The notes below the pieces were generated by a model. That model ran no database searches, had not been told where the DNA came from, and saw only the letters and a list, made by a program, of their open reading frames with translations. DNA of 63,048 nt, counting the filler, from Actinomycetota bacterium (lineage in GTDB: Bacteria > Actinomycetota > Acidimicrobiia > IMCC26256 > VFJJ01), in NCBI GenBank assembly GCA_009886115.1. It is 5 parts of 5 records of this genome, joined end to end, with 100 filler letters (N's around TTAATTAATTAA, not from the genome) between each part and the next. Parts side by side here need not be neighbours in the genome. Positions count along the whole stretch, not along the records: positions 21,047 to 36,349 come from VFJJ01000137.1; positions 36,450 to 45,756 come from VFJJ01000046.1; 3 more parts are not named here. One strand, written 5' to 3'. Position numbers and translations under genes: made by a program. Below, in pieces: positions 28,355 through 39,925 of the stretch. The stretch's first letter is position 1. Every line of letters starts with the position of its first letter.

Positions 28355-28558
28355 ATGGAAACGAACCGCATGCTGCGACCCGCGGAAGCCGCCGAGGCGC
28401 TGGGCGTCTCCCTGGCGTCGCTGCGTCGTCTGGCCACGTCGGGCCGACTCGTCACCGTCCGAACCCTCGGTGGCCACCGGCGCTACCGCGAAGACGACGT
28501 CATGGCCGTGCGTCGCTGGCTCATCCGCAACGGGCACCTCGTCGAGAACGCTGCCTGA
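28355..28558 (+). CDS. BldC-family (MerR-like wHTH) transcriptional regulator
   Basis: LRPAEAA..LGV...GRLVTVRTLGGHRRYRE signature; strong RBS AAGGAGG. Confidence 0.8.
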   Translation: METNRMLRPAEAAEALGVSLASLRRLATSGRLVTVRTLGGHRRYREDDVMAVRRWLIRNGHLVENAA

Positions 28559-28757
28559 CACAGGTGGGCGGGGGATCGGGCCTGTCGGCCGTCCCGCCCG
28601 GAGCCGGTGGGGACACGGGACCCCATCGGCGGCGCCCACGGTGGGTCTCGCAACTCCGCCGGACGAGGCGGGCGCTGTCGTAGCGGCGGTGTACCTTCGC
28701 CCCATGGGGCGAGGACGGGCCGAGGAGGGCGATCGGGGCCTGCGATGGGCATCGACG

Positions 28758-29942
28758 ATGGACGGCTTCGAGCCCGAGCCTGACGTCGAGGCCGCTCCTC
28801 CGCCGGCGCTGCGGCTGGCCCACGCCGATTCCCGAGGTCTCGTCGGCGGGGTGGTGCCACTCGGTCGGATCGAGCGGGAGCATCACCAAGACGTTGCCCT
28901 CGCACCTGGCGCGACCCGTTCGAGCGGAGCTGGTCGCCGAGCGGTGCCCGAGGAGCCCGACGAGCTCCGCACGTGCTTCGAGCGTGATCGCGACCGCATC
29001 CTGCACGCACCGGCCTTTCGTCGTCTGGCCGGCAAGACCCAGGTCTTCGTGTTCCCCGCCGATCATCAGCGGACGCGGCTCACCCACGCCGTCGAGGTCG
29101 CCCAGGTGGCCACGGCAGTCGCTCGGGCGTTGCGCCTCAACGTCGCGCTCACCGAGGCCATCGCCTTGGGCCACGACTGCGGCCACGGACCGGGCGGCCA
29201 TGCCAGCGAGGACGCCCTGTCGCCGTACGTGCCTGGCGGCTACGACCACGCGGTCTGGGGTGCCGACGTCACCCTGGCTCCGCTCAACCTGTGTCTCGAG
29301 ACGCTCGACGGGATCCGCAACCACTCGTGGTCGCGGCCTGCGCCGGCCACGCCCGAGGGGGAAGTGGTGAGCTGGGCCGACCGGATCGCCTACTGCTGTC
29401 ACGATTTCGAGGATGCCGTGTTCGCCGGCATCGTGTCGACGTCGTCGCTCCCCGAGGTCGTGGTGGCCACGTGCGGATCGACCCGCAGCGCGATGTTGCG
29501 GAGCTTCGTGACCGCGCTCGTGCACTCGAGCGCGTCCTCCGGGCGCGTCGGGCTCGAGTCCCCGGCTGCCGAGGCGCTCGCCGCACTCCGAGCCTTCAAC
29601 TACCGCTGGATCTATCTCCGGCCGGCATCGCAGGCCCAGGCCGATGCCGTCATCCCGGTGCTGCGGGCCCTGGTCGAGCACTACGCCGATCGGCCCAACC
29701 TGCTGCCGGCGTCGGCGGCGGGGTTCGCCGGCCACGCTGGCCAGGATGGTGGCGGTGACGGCGGTGACGGCGGTGCGGGCGGCGGGGTGGACGGGCTGCT
29801 CGCCGGCAGCGATGCGGCGTTGGCCGCGGCCGTGGCTCACGTCGCCGGCATGACCGACCGCTACGCCTTCCAGAGCGCGGTAGCGCTGATCGGCTGGGAT
29901 CGGGAGCGTCTGCCCCGCGGCGTCGACGCACCGCAGTGGTGA
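28758..29942 (+). CDS. dgt: HD-domain dGTP triphosphohydrolase-like protein; start approximate
   Basis: FERDRDRILH..AFRRLAGKTQVF, RTRLTH, GHDCGH, ADRIAY, VAGMTDRYA. Confidence 0.88.
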   Translation: MDGFEPEPDVEAAPPPALRLAHADSRGLVGGVVPLGRIEREHHQDVALAPGATRSSGAGRRAVPEEPDELRTCFERDRDRILHAPAFRRLAGKTQVFVFPADHQRTRLTHAVEVAQVATAVARALRLNVALTEAIALGHDCGHGPGGHASEDALSPYVPGGYDHAVWGADVTLAPLNLCLETLDGIRNHSWSRPAPATPEGEVVSWADRIAYCCHDFEDAVFAGIVSTSSLPEVVVATCGSTRSAMLRSFVTALVHSSASSGRVGLESPAAEALAALRAFNYRWIYLRPASQAQADAVIPVLRALVEHYADRPNLLPASAAGFAGHAGQDGGGDGGDGGAGGGVDGLLAGSDAALAAAVAHVAGMTDRYAFQSAVALIGWDRERLPRGVDAPQW

Positions 29943-29960
29943 GACCGGTCCGCCGTCCGA

Positions 29961-29996
29961 GCTGTCCGCGCTGTCCGCGCTGTCCGCGCTGTCCGA
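29961..29996. repeat. 9-bp tandem repeat x4 upstream of the dnaG RBS
   Basis: GCTGTCCGC x3 plus GCTGTCCGA. Confidence 0.85.
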
Positions 29997-30014
29997 GCTG
30001 AGGAGGACGCGCAC

Positions 30015-32077
30015 ATGGGCATCCTCGACGAGGACATCGAACGGGTCCGCAACGAGGCCAACATCGTCGAGGTGGTCGGCGAGCGCGTCGCGCTCAAGCG
30101 TCAGGGCCGTCGGTATGGCGGGTTGTGCCCGTTTCACGGCGAGCGCACACCGTCGTTCTCCGTGAGTCCCGAGAACGGGCTCTGGTACTGCTTCGGCTGC
30201 CATCGGGGCGGCGACGCCATCAAGTTCGTGCGCGAGCTCGACGGCCTCGATTTCACCGAAGCGGTCGAGCGTCTCGCGGCCCGCTACCACATCCAGCTCC
30301 GCTACGACGACGCTGCCGTCTCGAAGGACCGGCAGCGGCGCGACCGGCTCGTCGCGGTGAACAAGGCTGCCGTGGAGTTCTACGCCGAGCGCCTGCTTCA
30401 AGCCCCCGCCGCCAGGCTGGCCCGCGACCATCTCCGTGATCGGGGCTTCGACGGGTCCGCCGCCCGTCGTTTCTCGCTCGGGTACGCCCCCGACGACTGG
30501 GACCAACTCTCACACCATCTCCAGCAACAGCGGTTCTCCCGTGACGACATCGTCACCGTCGGCCTGGCCTTCGTGAACAAGGCCAACAAGCTCCAGGACT
30601 TCTTCCGGCACCGGCTCATGTTCCCGATCTTCGACGTGCGGGGTGAGCCCATCGGCTTCGGCGGACGCGACCTCGTCGGCGACGGACCGAAGTACCGCAA
30701 CACCTCCGAGACGCCGCTGTACCGCAAGAGCCAGGTCCTCTACGGGCTGAACTGGTCGAGGGCCGACATCGTGGCCAAGGGCGAGGTCATCGTCTGCGAG
30801 GGCTACACCGACGTCATGGCCTGCGCGCTCGCCGGAGCCAACCGGGCGGTGGCCACCTGCGGCACGGCGTTGGCCGACGAGCACTTCACGACGTTGAAGA
30901 ACTTCGCTCGCACCATCGTCGTGGCGTACGACGCCGATGCAGCGGGCCAGGCCGCCGCCGAGCGCTTCTACCGGTGGGAGCAGCAGTACGAGGTGCGGCT
31001 GAAGGTCGCCGCGCTGCCGGCCGGTCGTGATCCGGCGGAGGTCTGGAAGGAGGCGCCCGCCTCGCTCGTGGAGGCCGTCGAGAAGGCCCGTCCCTTCCTC
31101 GAGTTCAGGATCAACCGGATCGTCGCCAGCACCGACCTCTCCGACACGGAGTCGTGCGTGCGCGCCCAGCACGCCGTGGCCCAGGCCCTGGCCGGGCATC
31201 CGTCGCGCGACGTTCGGGTCCAGTACGTCTCCGACCTGTGGCGTGAGCTCACCCGTCTCCGGTTCGACGATCCCGACGACCTCCGTCGACTCGTCGACCG
31301 TTACGTCAGCGGTGAGCTCCGAGCAGCCCCGCGGGCCGAAGCGGGTGATCGCCGGCCGCCACAACGCCAGCATGGTCCCGAGGAGCCCCGTCGGGCGAAG
31401 CCTCGGCCGCCCGACCGGGTCGAGGTCGAGGCGTTGCGGGCGGCCGTCCATTTCCCGGCGCTGGTTGCCCATCGCCTCGAACCCGATCTGTTCGCCGACC
31501 GGGTGTGCACCGAGATCCTCGAGACACTCATGGCTTCGGCCACGCTCAACGTCGCCCTCGATTCGCTCACCGACGAGGCCGCGGCCACGCTCAACCGGAT
31601 CGCCGTCGAGGAGCCGATGATCGACGATCACGCCTTCGGCGACGCGGGCCGCTCCGATGCGCCCGACGACGAGCCCGGCGACGCGTCTGACGACGAGGCC
31701 GCCGGAAAGCGGCGTGCGAGCCCGTTCGCCGATGCCCGGGCCCGCTTGAGCCGATCGCGCCGGTCCGGTGCCGACGATCATCACGCTGCGGCAACGTACG
31801 TGACCCAGACGCTCGGGAGCCTGGCCGAGGCCGCCTCGCTGCGCATGCTCAGGGTTCTCGAACGAGCTGCCGATGAACGCGTCACGGCCCTGAAGCTCGC
31901 GCTCGACGACTACGTGCGAGCCCGTTCCAACGGGGAGTGGCCGGCCGCCGATGAGGCCATCGATCGATTGGTAGGCTTGCTCATGGCGCTGACGACTGCT
32001 GGGAGCCCCAGTGGCCCCACGGTGGTGCTGCCCGAGGCAGCACCAGGCTCGGCGCCCGACAACGACAACGCGTTCGA

Positions 32078-32081
<4 letters not shown>
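30015..32081 (+). CDS. dnaG: DNA primase
   Basis: [48 protein letters not shown]. Confidence 0.96.
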
Positions 32082-33673
<1,592 letters not shown>

Positions 33674-33744
33674 CCGCTCGTTGTCGAGCAATCGCCGAAC
33701 CGGTGTCGGCCGACGATGGCGGCGCTGGTAGTCTCATCCGACTT

Positions 33745-33816
33745 TCCGGGGTAGCTCAATGGCGGAGCAGGCGGCTGTTAACCGCAAGGTTGAGAGTTCG
33801 AGTCTCTCCCCCGGAG
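33745..33816 (+). tRNA. tRNA-Asn(GTT)
   Basis: TCCGGGG/CCCCGGA acceptor stem, GCGG-CTGTTAA-CCGC anticodon arm, GAGAG-TTCGAGT-CTCTC T arm; CCA not encoded. Confidence 0.95.
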
Positions 33817-33909
33817 CGAGCGGCGTCCCGTGAGGGGCGCCGCTGTTCGCGTCGGCAGCCCGTCCGCTGGTGGCTGCTCGCATGACCTCTTCGTCACGCT
33901 GGAAGGCTC

Positions 33910-34347
33910 ATGACCGACCCTGATGCCCCTGACCGCCACGATCACGATCACGACGAACTCGACGCTGACGATCACGACGCCGAGCGGCGGAGGCTGATCG
34001 ATGCGGCCGTCGAGGCCGAGATGGAGACGGGCATTCGCGAGCGCACCCGCCGGGGCGCGCTCAGGCACGTGGTCGTGCGTCTGGCCCGGATGGGCGCCGG
34101 ATCGGTGCTGATCCTCGCTGGTCTGGCCATGTTGGTCCTGCCCGGTCCCGGCTTCCTCGTCATCGCCGTGGGCCTGGCCCTGCTCGCTCGCGACGTCGCC
34201 TGGGCGGCCCGGATGCTGGAACGGGTCAGGCGTCGCATCCCCGGCGCCGAGCCCGACGGGTCGCTTCCCGCCCGGGTGATCGTCATCATGATCGCCGTGA
34301 CCGTGGTCTTTGCGTCCGCAAGCATCTGGTGGCAGTTCATCCGCTGA
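33910..34347 (+). CDS. PGPGW-domain membrane protein
   Basis: LVLPGPGFLVIAVGLALLA..VAWA. Confidence 0.85.
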   Translation: MTDPDAPDRHDHDHDELDADDHDAERRRLIDAAVEAEMETGIRERTRRGALRHVVVRLARMGAGSVLILAGLAMLVLPGPGFLVIAVGLALLARDVAWAARMLERVRRRIPGAEPDGSLPARVIVIMIAVTVVFASASIWWQFIR

Positions 34348-34931
34348 GCCCGCCGGCCCCGCCCCACCCCCCCCAAATTTGTGCAGAAATCGTCGCCAGG
34401 CGACGATTTCTGCACACAGAACGGCGCTGGCGACGAGCATCCCAACCAGACAGCGAATTCGAGCATGCGTTCGACGACCTGTTCAGCCTGGCCTACCGGG
34501 TGGTCTACCGGCTCGTGCACGATCGGTCGATCGCCGAGGACCTGGCCCAGGAAGCGCTGGCTCGGGTCTACGTCCGCTGGACGCGGGTGGCTCCGTGCAG
34601 CGAGGCGTTCACCGTCAGGGTCGCCTCGAACCTGGCGCTGAGCCACCTCCGCACGGTCCAACGCCGGCGACGAATCGCCGTGACCGATACCCCCGTCCGT
34701 GCTCCTGGTCTGACGCTCGACCAGGCGGCTCATCAGCGCCTCGACCTCGAACGGGCGCTGCGCCGACTGCCACGCCGCCAACGCGAGGTCGTCAACTTGC
34801 GCTATTTGGCCGACCTGCCTCAGGACGCGGTGGCTTCGGCCCTCGGGCTCACCACGGGCTCGGTCAGCCGTCACACCGCTCGGGGCCTGGCCGCCCTGCG
34901 AATCCACATGGGAGACCCAACTGATGCTTGA
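34329..34931 (+). CDS. ECF sigma factor; start uncertain
   Basis: AEDLAQEALARVYVRW, VASNLAL, LPRRQREVVNLRY..VASALGLTTGSV. Confidence 0.85.
   Translation: MAVHPLSPPAPPHPPQICAEIVARRRFLHTERRWRRASQPDSEFEHAFDDLFSLAYRVVYRLVHDRSIAEDLAQEALARVYVRWTRVAPCSEAFTVRVASNLALSHLRTVQRRRRIAVTDTPVRAPGLTLDQAAHQRLDLERALRRLPRRQREVVNLRYLADLPQDAVASALGLTTGSVSRHTARGLAALRIHMGDPTDA
34373..34416. repeat. REP-like palindrome copy 3 (variant)
   Basis: TGTGCAGAAATCGTCGCC / GGCGACGATTTCTGCACA stem; shares left end CCAAATTTG.GC.GAAA with the other copies. Confidence 0.7.
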
Positions 34932-36349
34932 ACTCAGCGACGACCGCCACGACGACCCGACCCTGCCCCGTCCTACGGCGATCCATCGAGCCGAGGTCCA
35001 GCGCCGAGCGCGCCGCATCACCAACCGTCGAAGCTCCGTGCGCCTCACCGCGGCCGCGGCCGCGGTCGTCACGACCGTGAGCATCGCGGTATCCACCCGC
35101 CCCTGGGGGCCGGAACCCGATCACCTCGTGACCGCCGGGGAGTCTTCGACCATCCTCGCCACACCCCTCCCCCCGCCCGAGCCGGCACCCCCGGCCCCGC
35201 CTGCGCCTTCGCCGGATGCCGCGGATGGATTGCCGACACTCCCGCCTCTGCCGAGCCAGGCGTTGCTCTATGGGGTCACGCTGGCGCCGGTGCACGCGGC
35301 GGCGGCGAGCGACGAGACGATCTGGTTGGTGACAGGCCCGTTCGAGACCCCGGCCACCGCTTGGGCCTTTTCGCTTGACGGGCAGGTCCTTTTCGAGCGC
35401 CCGCTACCGACGCTGCCCGCCGACATCGTCGCCGACGCCGGCGGGCTGTGGATCGCCCAGGGAACGACTGATCGGGCGTTGTACCTGGCCCGGGAGACCG
35501 GCGAGTTCACGGAGATTGGGATCGGCCGCGGGCAGGGCCCCGTCGCTCTCGGCGACGGGGTCGTCTGGTTCGCCGCCGAGGAGGAAGTGCCCCGCGTCGA
35601 CGCGCTCGAGAAGGTCGTGACCGCTCGAATCGCCGTGCCGACCACGTACGATCTTGCGGTTCGAGCCGACAGGGTGATGGTCACCGGCTCCGACGGAACC
35701 CTCACCGAGATCGATGCGGCCAGCGCCCTGGTGCGCTCGACCCGGCCCGTCGGTTGCTACGCGACGAGCATCGAAGCTGCCGGATCGGCATCGTGGGTCA
35801 CCTTCGGGTTCGAGGACCTCGCTCGGATCGACGACACCACCGGTGCCGTGACGACGTATGACTATCCCGGCCTCTCGCTCTGGCGGATGGCCATCGTCGG
35901 AGAACAGGGCCCACAGGCTGCCGGCCGCCCAGGCCAACTCGGGTCCGCCTCGGGGCCCGAGCCGCACGAGCTTCGCGATGGTCTCGCCCGACTCGGGATC
36001 GATCGAGATCACGGTGTTGAGGCTCTGAGGCCGAGCCCGGGCCCTGGGTATGACGACGACGGTTTCGTCATCCTCGAGCTCGACCCGGTCACGCTCGCCG
36101 TCGTGTCCGAGACGCCCCTCCCAGTGGGAGCATCGCTCACTTCGTTCGGGTTCAGGTTCAGCGCATCGGACGATCACCTCTGGCTGTGGTCCGGGGCATG
36201 GGACGCCGAAGCCGATGCGCTCGAGGTGTTGAACAGCGTTGAGCTCGAGGAGCCGATCGATCCCGTGCAACAGAAGGTCCTGATCGGCTCTGCCGGTCTC
36301 TACGTGAGCCGACCCGAGGGCGTGGCGCTGATCGACCCGGACTCCGGCC
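34924..36349 (+). CDS. Putative anti-sigma factor with extracellular beta-propeller-like repeats, truncated by contig end
   Basis: Overlaps sigma stop; VQRRARR..RR then TM; repeated GGLWIA/GVVWFA beta motifs. Confidence 0.6.
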
Positions 36350-36449
36350 NNNNNNNNNNNNNNNNNNNNNNNNNNNNNNNNNNNNNNNNNNNNTTAATTA
36401 ATTAANNNNNNNNNNNNNNNNNNNNNNNNNNNNNNNNNNNNNNNNNNNN
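36350..36449. other. Artificial contig linker
   Basis: N-run with TTAATTAATTAA. Confidence 0.98.
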
Positions 36450-36793
36450 GCCGCCTGTTCATGTGGCATCTGGCCGAGGAGGTCGAGCACAAGAACGTGG
36501 CGTTCGACGTGTTCGAGGCGACCGACGGATCCCGCCGCCGCTACACGCTGGCCATGCTCATGTCCTTGGCGCTGCTGGGATTCTTCACCTTCAGCTCCGC
36601 GCTGGTGATGCTCTGGCGCGACCGCAGGCTCTGGAACCCGATGACCCATCTCCGTCTGATCTGGCTCGCCGTCAGCGCAACGTTCGACGTGCTCCCCGAC
36701 GTGTTCCTCTCGTGCCTGCCGCGCCATCACCCGTCGCAGGTGAGCGATCCAACCGCGTACCGCTCGTGGCTCCTCACCTACGACGTTCCCTGA
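36450..36793 (+). CDS. Predicted metal-dependent hydrolase, C-terminal part (5' truncated by contig edge)
   Basis: WHLAEEVEHKNVAFDVF and C-terminal P.HHP motif. Confidence 0.8.
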
Positions 36794-36829
36794 ACTGTCA
36801 CCGATGGGTCGACGGTCGACCCTGTCGAC

Positions 36830-37408
36830 TCAGGCGGTCACAGCCGCCGGGTCGAGCTGGCCCAGCGCCTGGTGCATGCGAGCCAGGGTGAGGTCGTCGA
36901 GGTTGGTGTGGACGAGGCGCGCACCCCGGAACCGTTCGACCTCGACGACGAGTGCGTCGCGGTCGAGGTGCGTGACGAGCAGCGCCAGCGTCGCGGTGCC
37001 GGGCGTGGTCGAGCTGCGGAACCACTCGACCCACTCGTCGGGAATCCCCAGGTCGATGGCCTTGGCGGTGACGACACCGGCTCCGGCGCCCACTGCGGCG
37101 CCGGCGATCCAGCCCACCGGACCAGCGACCAGGAGCCCGATCAGGCTCACCCACAACGCCCCTGAGAGCGCGGTTCGCTTCGGCTGCGGATCCACGGTCT
37201 CGTGGACCTTGGTCTTGCCCTCAGCATCGCGAACGACGATGACGGCATCCTTCAACACGAGCTGCTGACTCGCGGCCATCCGCTTCGTCGCCGTCAGGAA
37301 CTCGTTCGCACGGAAGGCATCGTCGAACGAGATCCCCACCAGCGTCTCGGGGACGCTCTCGACGGGGTGATCGCTGCTGGTAGCTATCGTGGAAGCGTTG
37401 GCGTTCAT
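36830..37408 (-). CDS. DUF1269-domain membrane protein
   Basis: DAVIVVRDAEGK, GALWVSLIGLL..PVG..GAAVGAGAG, DLGIPDEW. Confidence 0.85.
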   Translation of the reverse strand: MNANASTIATSSDHPVESVPETLVGISFDDAFRANEFLTATKRMAASQQLVLKDAVIVVRDAEGKTKVHETVDPQPKRTALSGALWVSLIGLLVAGPVGWIAGAAVGAGAGVVTAKAIDLGIPDEWVEWFRSSTTPGTATLALLVTHLDRDALVVEVERFRGARLVHTNLDDLTLARMHQALGQLDPAAVTA

Positions 37409-37510
37409 GATGCTGATCCTCCTGGATCACGTCGGCGTCGCCAGGTCCCTGGCGGTCAGCCTCGTCCTCTACTGGGCTCGACTTTCAAGCGAACCTCGTT
37501 ACACGAATCT

Positions 37511-37539
37511 ATACTACTGAAACTCTCTTCGTATGTCAA
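37511..37539 (-). promoter_or_regulatory. Sigma70-type promoter TTGACA-N17-TAGTAT for the DUF1269 gene
   Basis: Consensus -35, near-consensus -10, 17-bp spacer; twin of 39130-39158. Confidence 0.75.
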
Positions 37540-37594
37540 CGGGGAACGCCAGGCCCCGTCAGGATCTCAAGCCCCTGCCCAAAGGACCAGCCCC

Positions 37595-38059
37595 GTGAAA
37601 CTCCTCGAACGGTTCCGTCACGTCATCGCCATCGCTTCGATCGTCTTGGTCGTCACCACGGTCGCCACCCTCGCGTGGTCCGTGGCCTTGACCGTGCAGC
37701 TGGTCGACGACCTGCTGAGCGGAGGCTGGAGGTCGAGCGCGCTCGTCGCCGATCTGCTGGCCATCATCGACCTGCTCCTGATCGCGACGGTCCAGGTGAT
37801 CGTGGCCGTTGGGCTGTGGGAGCTCTTCATCGGCAGGCTCGATCTTCCCGAGGGCCTGCGCGTCGGATCGCTAAACGAGCTGAAGACGGTGCTGGCCGAG
37901 CTGATCGTGCTGGTGATCGCGATCAAGTTCGTCGAGAAGCTGATCAACTCCAGCGACGCACTCGACGTTCTGTACTATGCGGCCGGCGTGTCGCTCGTGG
38001 GTCTGACGCTGGTGGCCTCGTCACTGGGCAAGAAGGGCCCCGGTCCCGGCGATCAGTGA
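37595..38059 (+). CDS. YqhA (UPF0114) family membrane protein
   Basis: IIDLLLIA..IVAVGLWELFI, SLNELKTVL. Confidence 0.8.
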   Translation: MKLLERFRHVIAIASIVLVVTTVATLAWSVALTVQLVDDLLSGGWRSSALVADLLAIIDLLLIATVQVIVAVGLWELFIGRLDLPEGLRVGSLNELKTVLAELIVLVIAIKFVEKLINSSDALDVLYYAAGVSLVGLTLVASSLGKKGPGPGDQ

Positions 38060-38098
38060 GCGCAGGCGCGGGCGCAGGCCGAGAAGCAGGCGTCCGGG

Positions 38099-39067
38099 TC
38101 AGGCCAGGAGTCGGGCCATCTCGAGATACAGCGGGATGCCGATCAAGAGGTTGAACGGGAAGGTGATCGCGAGCGCGGCCGTGAGCGAGTAGGCGGGATT
38201 GGCCTCGGGCAGCGCAATGCTCACCGCAGCCGGCGCAGCGATGTACGACGCGCTGGCAGCCATGGCCCCGAGGGTGGCGGCACCACCGATCGACAGACCG
38301 GCGGCGGCGCCCGCGGCCACGCCGACGAAGCCGAACACCGGGGGTGCGACCAGGGCCAGGCCGATGAGGTAGGGCCCGGCCTGCCTGATCGACTTCAGGT
38401 GCATGCCCGCCAAGGCGCCGAGGTCGAGCAGGAACAGGGTGAGGATTCCCTTGAAGGGAGCGTCGAAGAGCGGCGCGACCTGCTCGTAGCCCGAGGCGCC
38501 GCCCAGGAGCCCGATCAACACCCCGCCAGCGAGCAGCACGATCGATCGTCCGAGGAGCACCTCCCCCACGGCGGCCCTCATCGTCGAACGGCCACCCAGG
38601 TAGGCCACCAGCACCAGCGGTACGACGATCCCGGGGATCTCCATGATCGCCAGAAGAGCCGGGAGGAATCCCTCGGCTGCGTGTCCTGCGGTGGCGACGA
38701 ACCCCGCGGCCGCGGTGAACGTCACCGCGGAGACCGACCCGTAGTGCGCTGCGATCCCGCCGGAATCCACCACGGAGAAGCGGTTCCGCCACCTGAGCGC
38801 CGCGAAGACGACCAGGGGCGAGACTGCACCGATGGCGAGCGCGGCGACCAGCGGCCAGGCCAGGTCGCCGACCGACGCTGCCGCCAGCTCCTTGCCTCCC
38901 TTCAGGCCGATCGCCAGCAACAGGTACGTGGACAGCAGGCTCGAGGCCGCGGCGGGCAGGCGCACATCACTCCGCGCCGTCGCCGCGACCGCCCCGAGAA
39001 CGAATGCCAGGACGGGCGGGGACGTGAGGTTCGCGTGGACGAGGTCGAGTGATGTGACCGCGACCAT
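38099..39067 (-). CDS. sbtA: Sodium-dependent bicarbonate transporter family permease (SbtA)
   Basis: YLLLAIGLKGG, AAHYGSVSAVTF, LFLLDLG, ASASYIAAPAA, ITFPFNLLIGIPLY. Confidence 0.92.
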   Translation of the reverse strand: MVAVTSLDLVHANLTSPPVLAFVLGAVAATARSDVRLPAAASSLLSTYLLLAIGLKGGKELAAASVGDLAWPLVAALAIGAVSPLVVFAALRWRNRFSVVDSGGIAAHYGSVSAVTFTAAAGFVATAGHAAEGFLPALLAIMEIPGIVVPLVLVAYLGGRSTMRAAVGEVLLGRSIVLLAGGVLIGLLGGASGYEQVAPLFDAPFKGILTLFLLDLGALAGMHLKSIRQAGPYLIGLALVAPPVFGFVGVAAGAAAGLSIGGAATLGAMAASASYIAAPAAVSIALPEANPAYSLTAALAITFPFNLLIGIPLYLEMARLLA

Positions 39068-39129
39068 GCCGATCACGGGTTCGTGCTCATCATACGAGTT
39101 GTCATTCGTGTATCTTACTTCCGGTGCAC

Positions 39130-39158
39130 TTGACATGCGAACTAAGATTCGGTAGTAT
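39130..39158 (+). promoter_or_regulatory. Sigma70-type promoter TTGACA-N17-TAGTAT
   Basis: Consensus -35, near-consensus -10; CGAA-N6-TTCG palindrome in the spacer. Confidence 0.75.
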
Positions 39159-39237
39159 TATTTCGTGAGGTGAAGGCCGGTCGAAGGCCTTCGTGGCCCG
39201 GACACGCAGCGTGTCCCGGATGAGATGGAGAGACGAC

Positions 39238-39735
39238 ATGACAGGCATCGACTCGGCGCACGAGACACGGTTCACGAACCGGGAGTGGTTGGAGGGAAAC
39301 CTCGAATCGGCGTTGGAAGCGATCACCGCGCGGCAGCTCATGACTCCAGCGCCCCTCATGTGGCCATCGTCGATGTCCGTCGCCGAGTTCAGTGCTCAGG
39401 AACTCCCCAGGGTCAGCTGGTCGAGCTTCCCCACGTTCGATGACCGGGGCGAGATCGATGGCCTCGTGGTCATCGACCGCGGCATCGACCTCACGCTCTT
39501 GTCGGTGGCCGGCCTCGTCCTGCGAGATATCGCGATCCCTCGAGAGCGAGTGGCCACCGCTCGGCTCGAAACGAACGCCTTCGAGCTCCTGTCGATCCCT
39601 CGGACGAGCTGTGCCGGGCGGATCCTGGTGCTGGGCTGGTCCTCGAGGCCAGGCGTCAGCGACCCGCTCATCGGGATCATCACACCCACGGACCTGGAAC
39701 GTGGTCTGCGCTCGATGGAGATCAAGCTCCGGTGA
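39238..39735 (+). CDS. CBS-domain-like protein (degenerate pair)
   Basis: ARQLMTP, SFPTFDDRGEIDGLV, LIGIITPTDL. Confidence 0.6.
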   Translation: MTGIDSAHETRFTNREWLEGNLESALEAITARQLMTPAPLMWPSSMSVAEFSAQELPRVSWSSFPTFDDRGEIDGLVVIDRGIDLTLLSVAGLVLRDIAIPRERVATARLETNAFELLSIPRTSCAGRILVLGWSSRPGVSDPLIGIITPTDLERGLRSMEIKLR

Positions 39736-39799
39736 CGATCGACGCCGTGTCCCGGGACGACGACGGTGGGGCGCTCACGACACGACACCCCGCTGGAGC

Positions 39800-39925
39800 G
39801 CTGGCCTACTAACACTAGGCCCCCTGCAGTGGCTCGTCTGCCTCGCCCTGGCCGCCAGCGTCCTCGTCGTCGAAGAGCTCCGCAAGCTCGTCCAGCGCAT
39901 CATCCAGAACCGGGAGACAGCATGA
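39800..39925 (+). pseudogene. C-terminal remnant of a cation P-type ATPase
   Basis: LGPLQWLVCLALAASVLVVEELRKLV resembles the Cation_ATPase_C end; no upstream body. Confidence 0.6.

Noticed and set aside
39138..39151. LexA SOS box
   Set aside because: There is one mismatch here, poorer fits at the sister sites, and the neighbours are not SOS genes, so it is kept only as an unknown operator.
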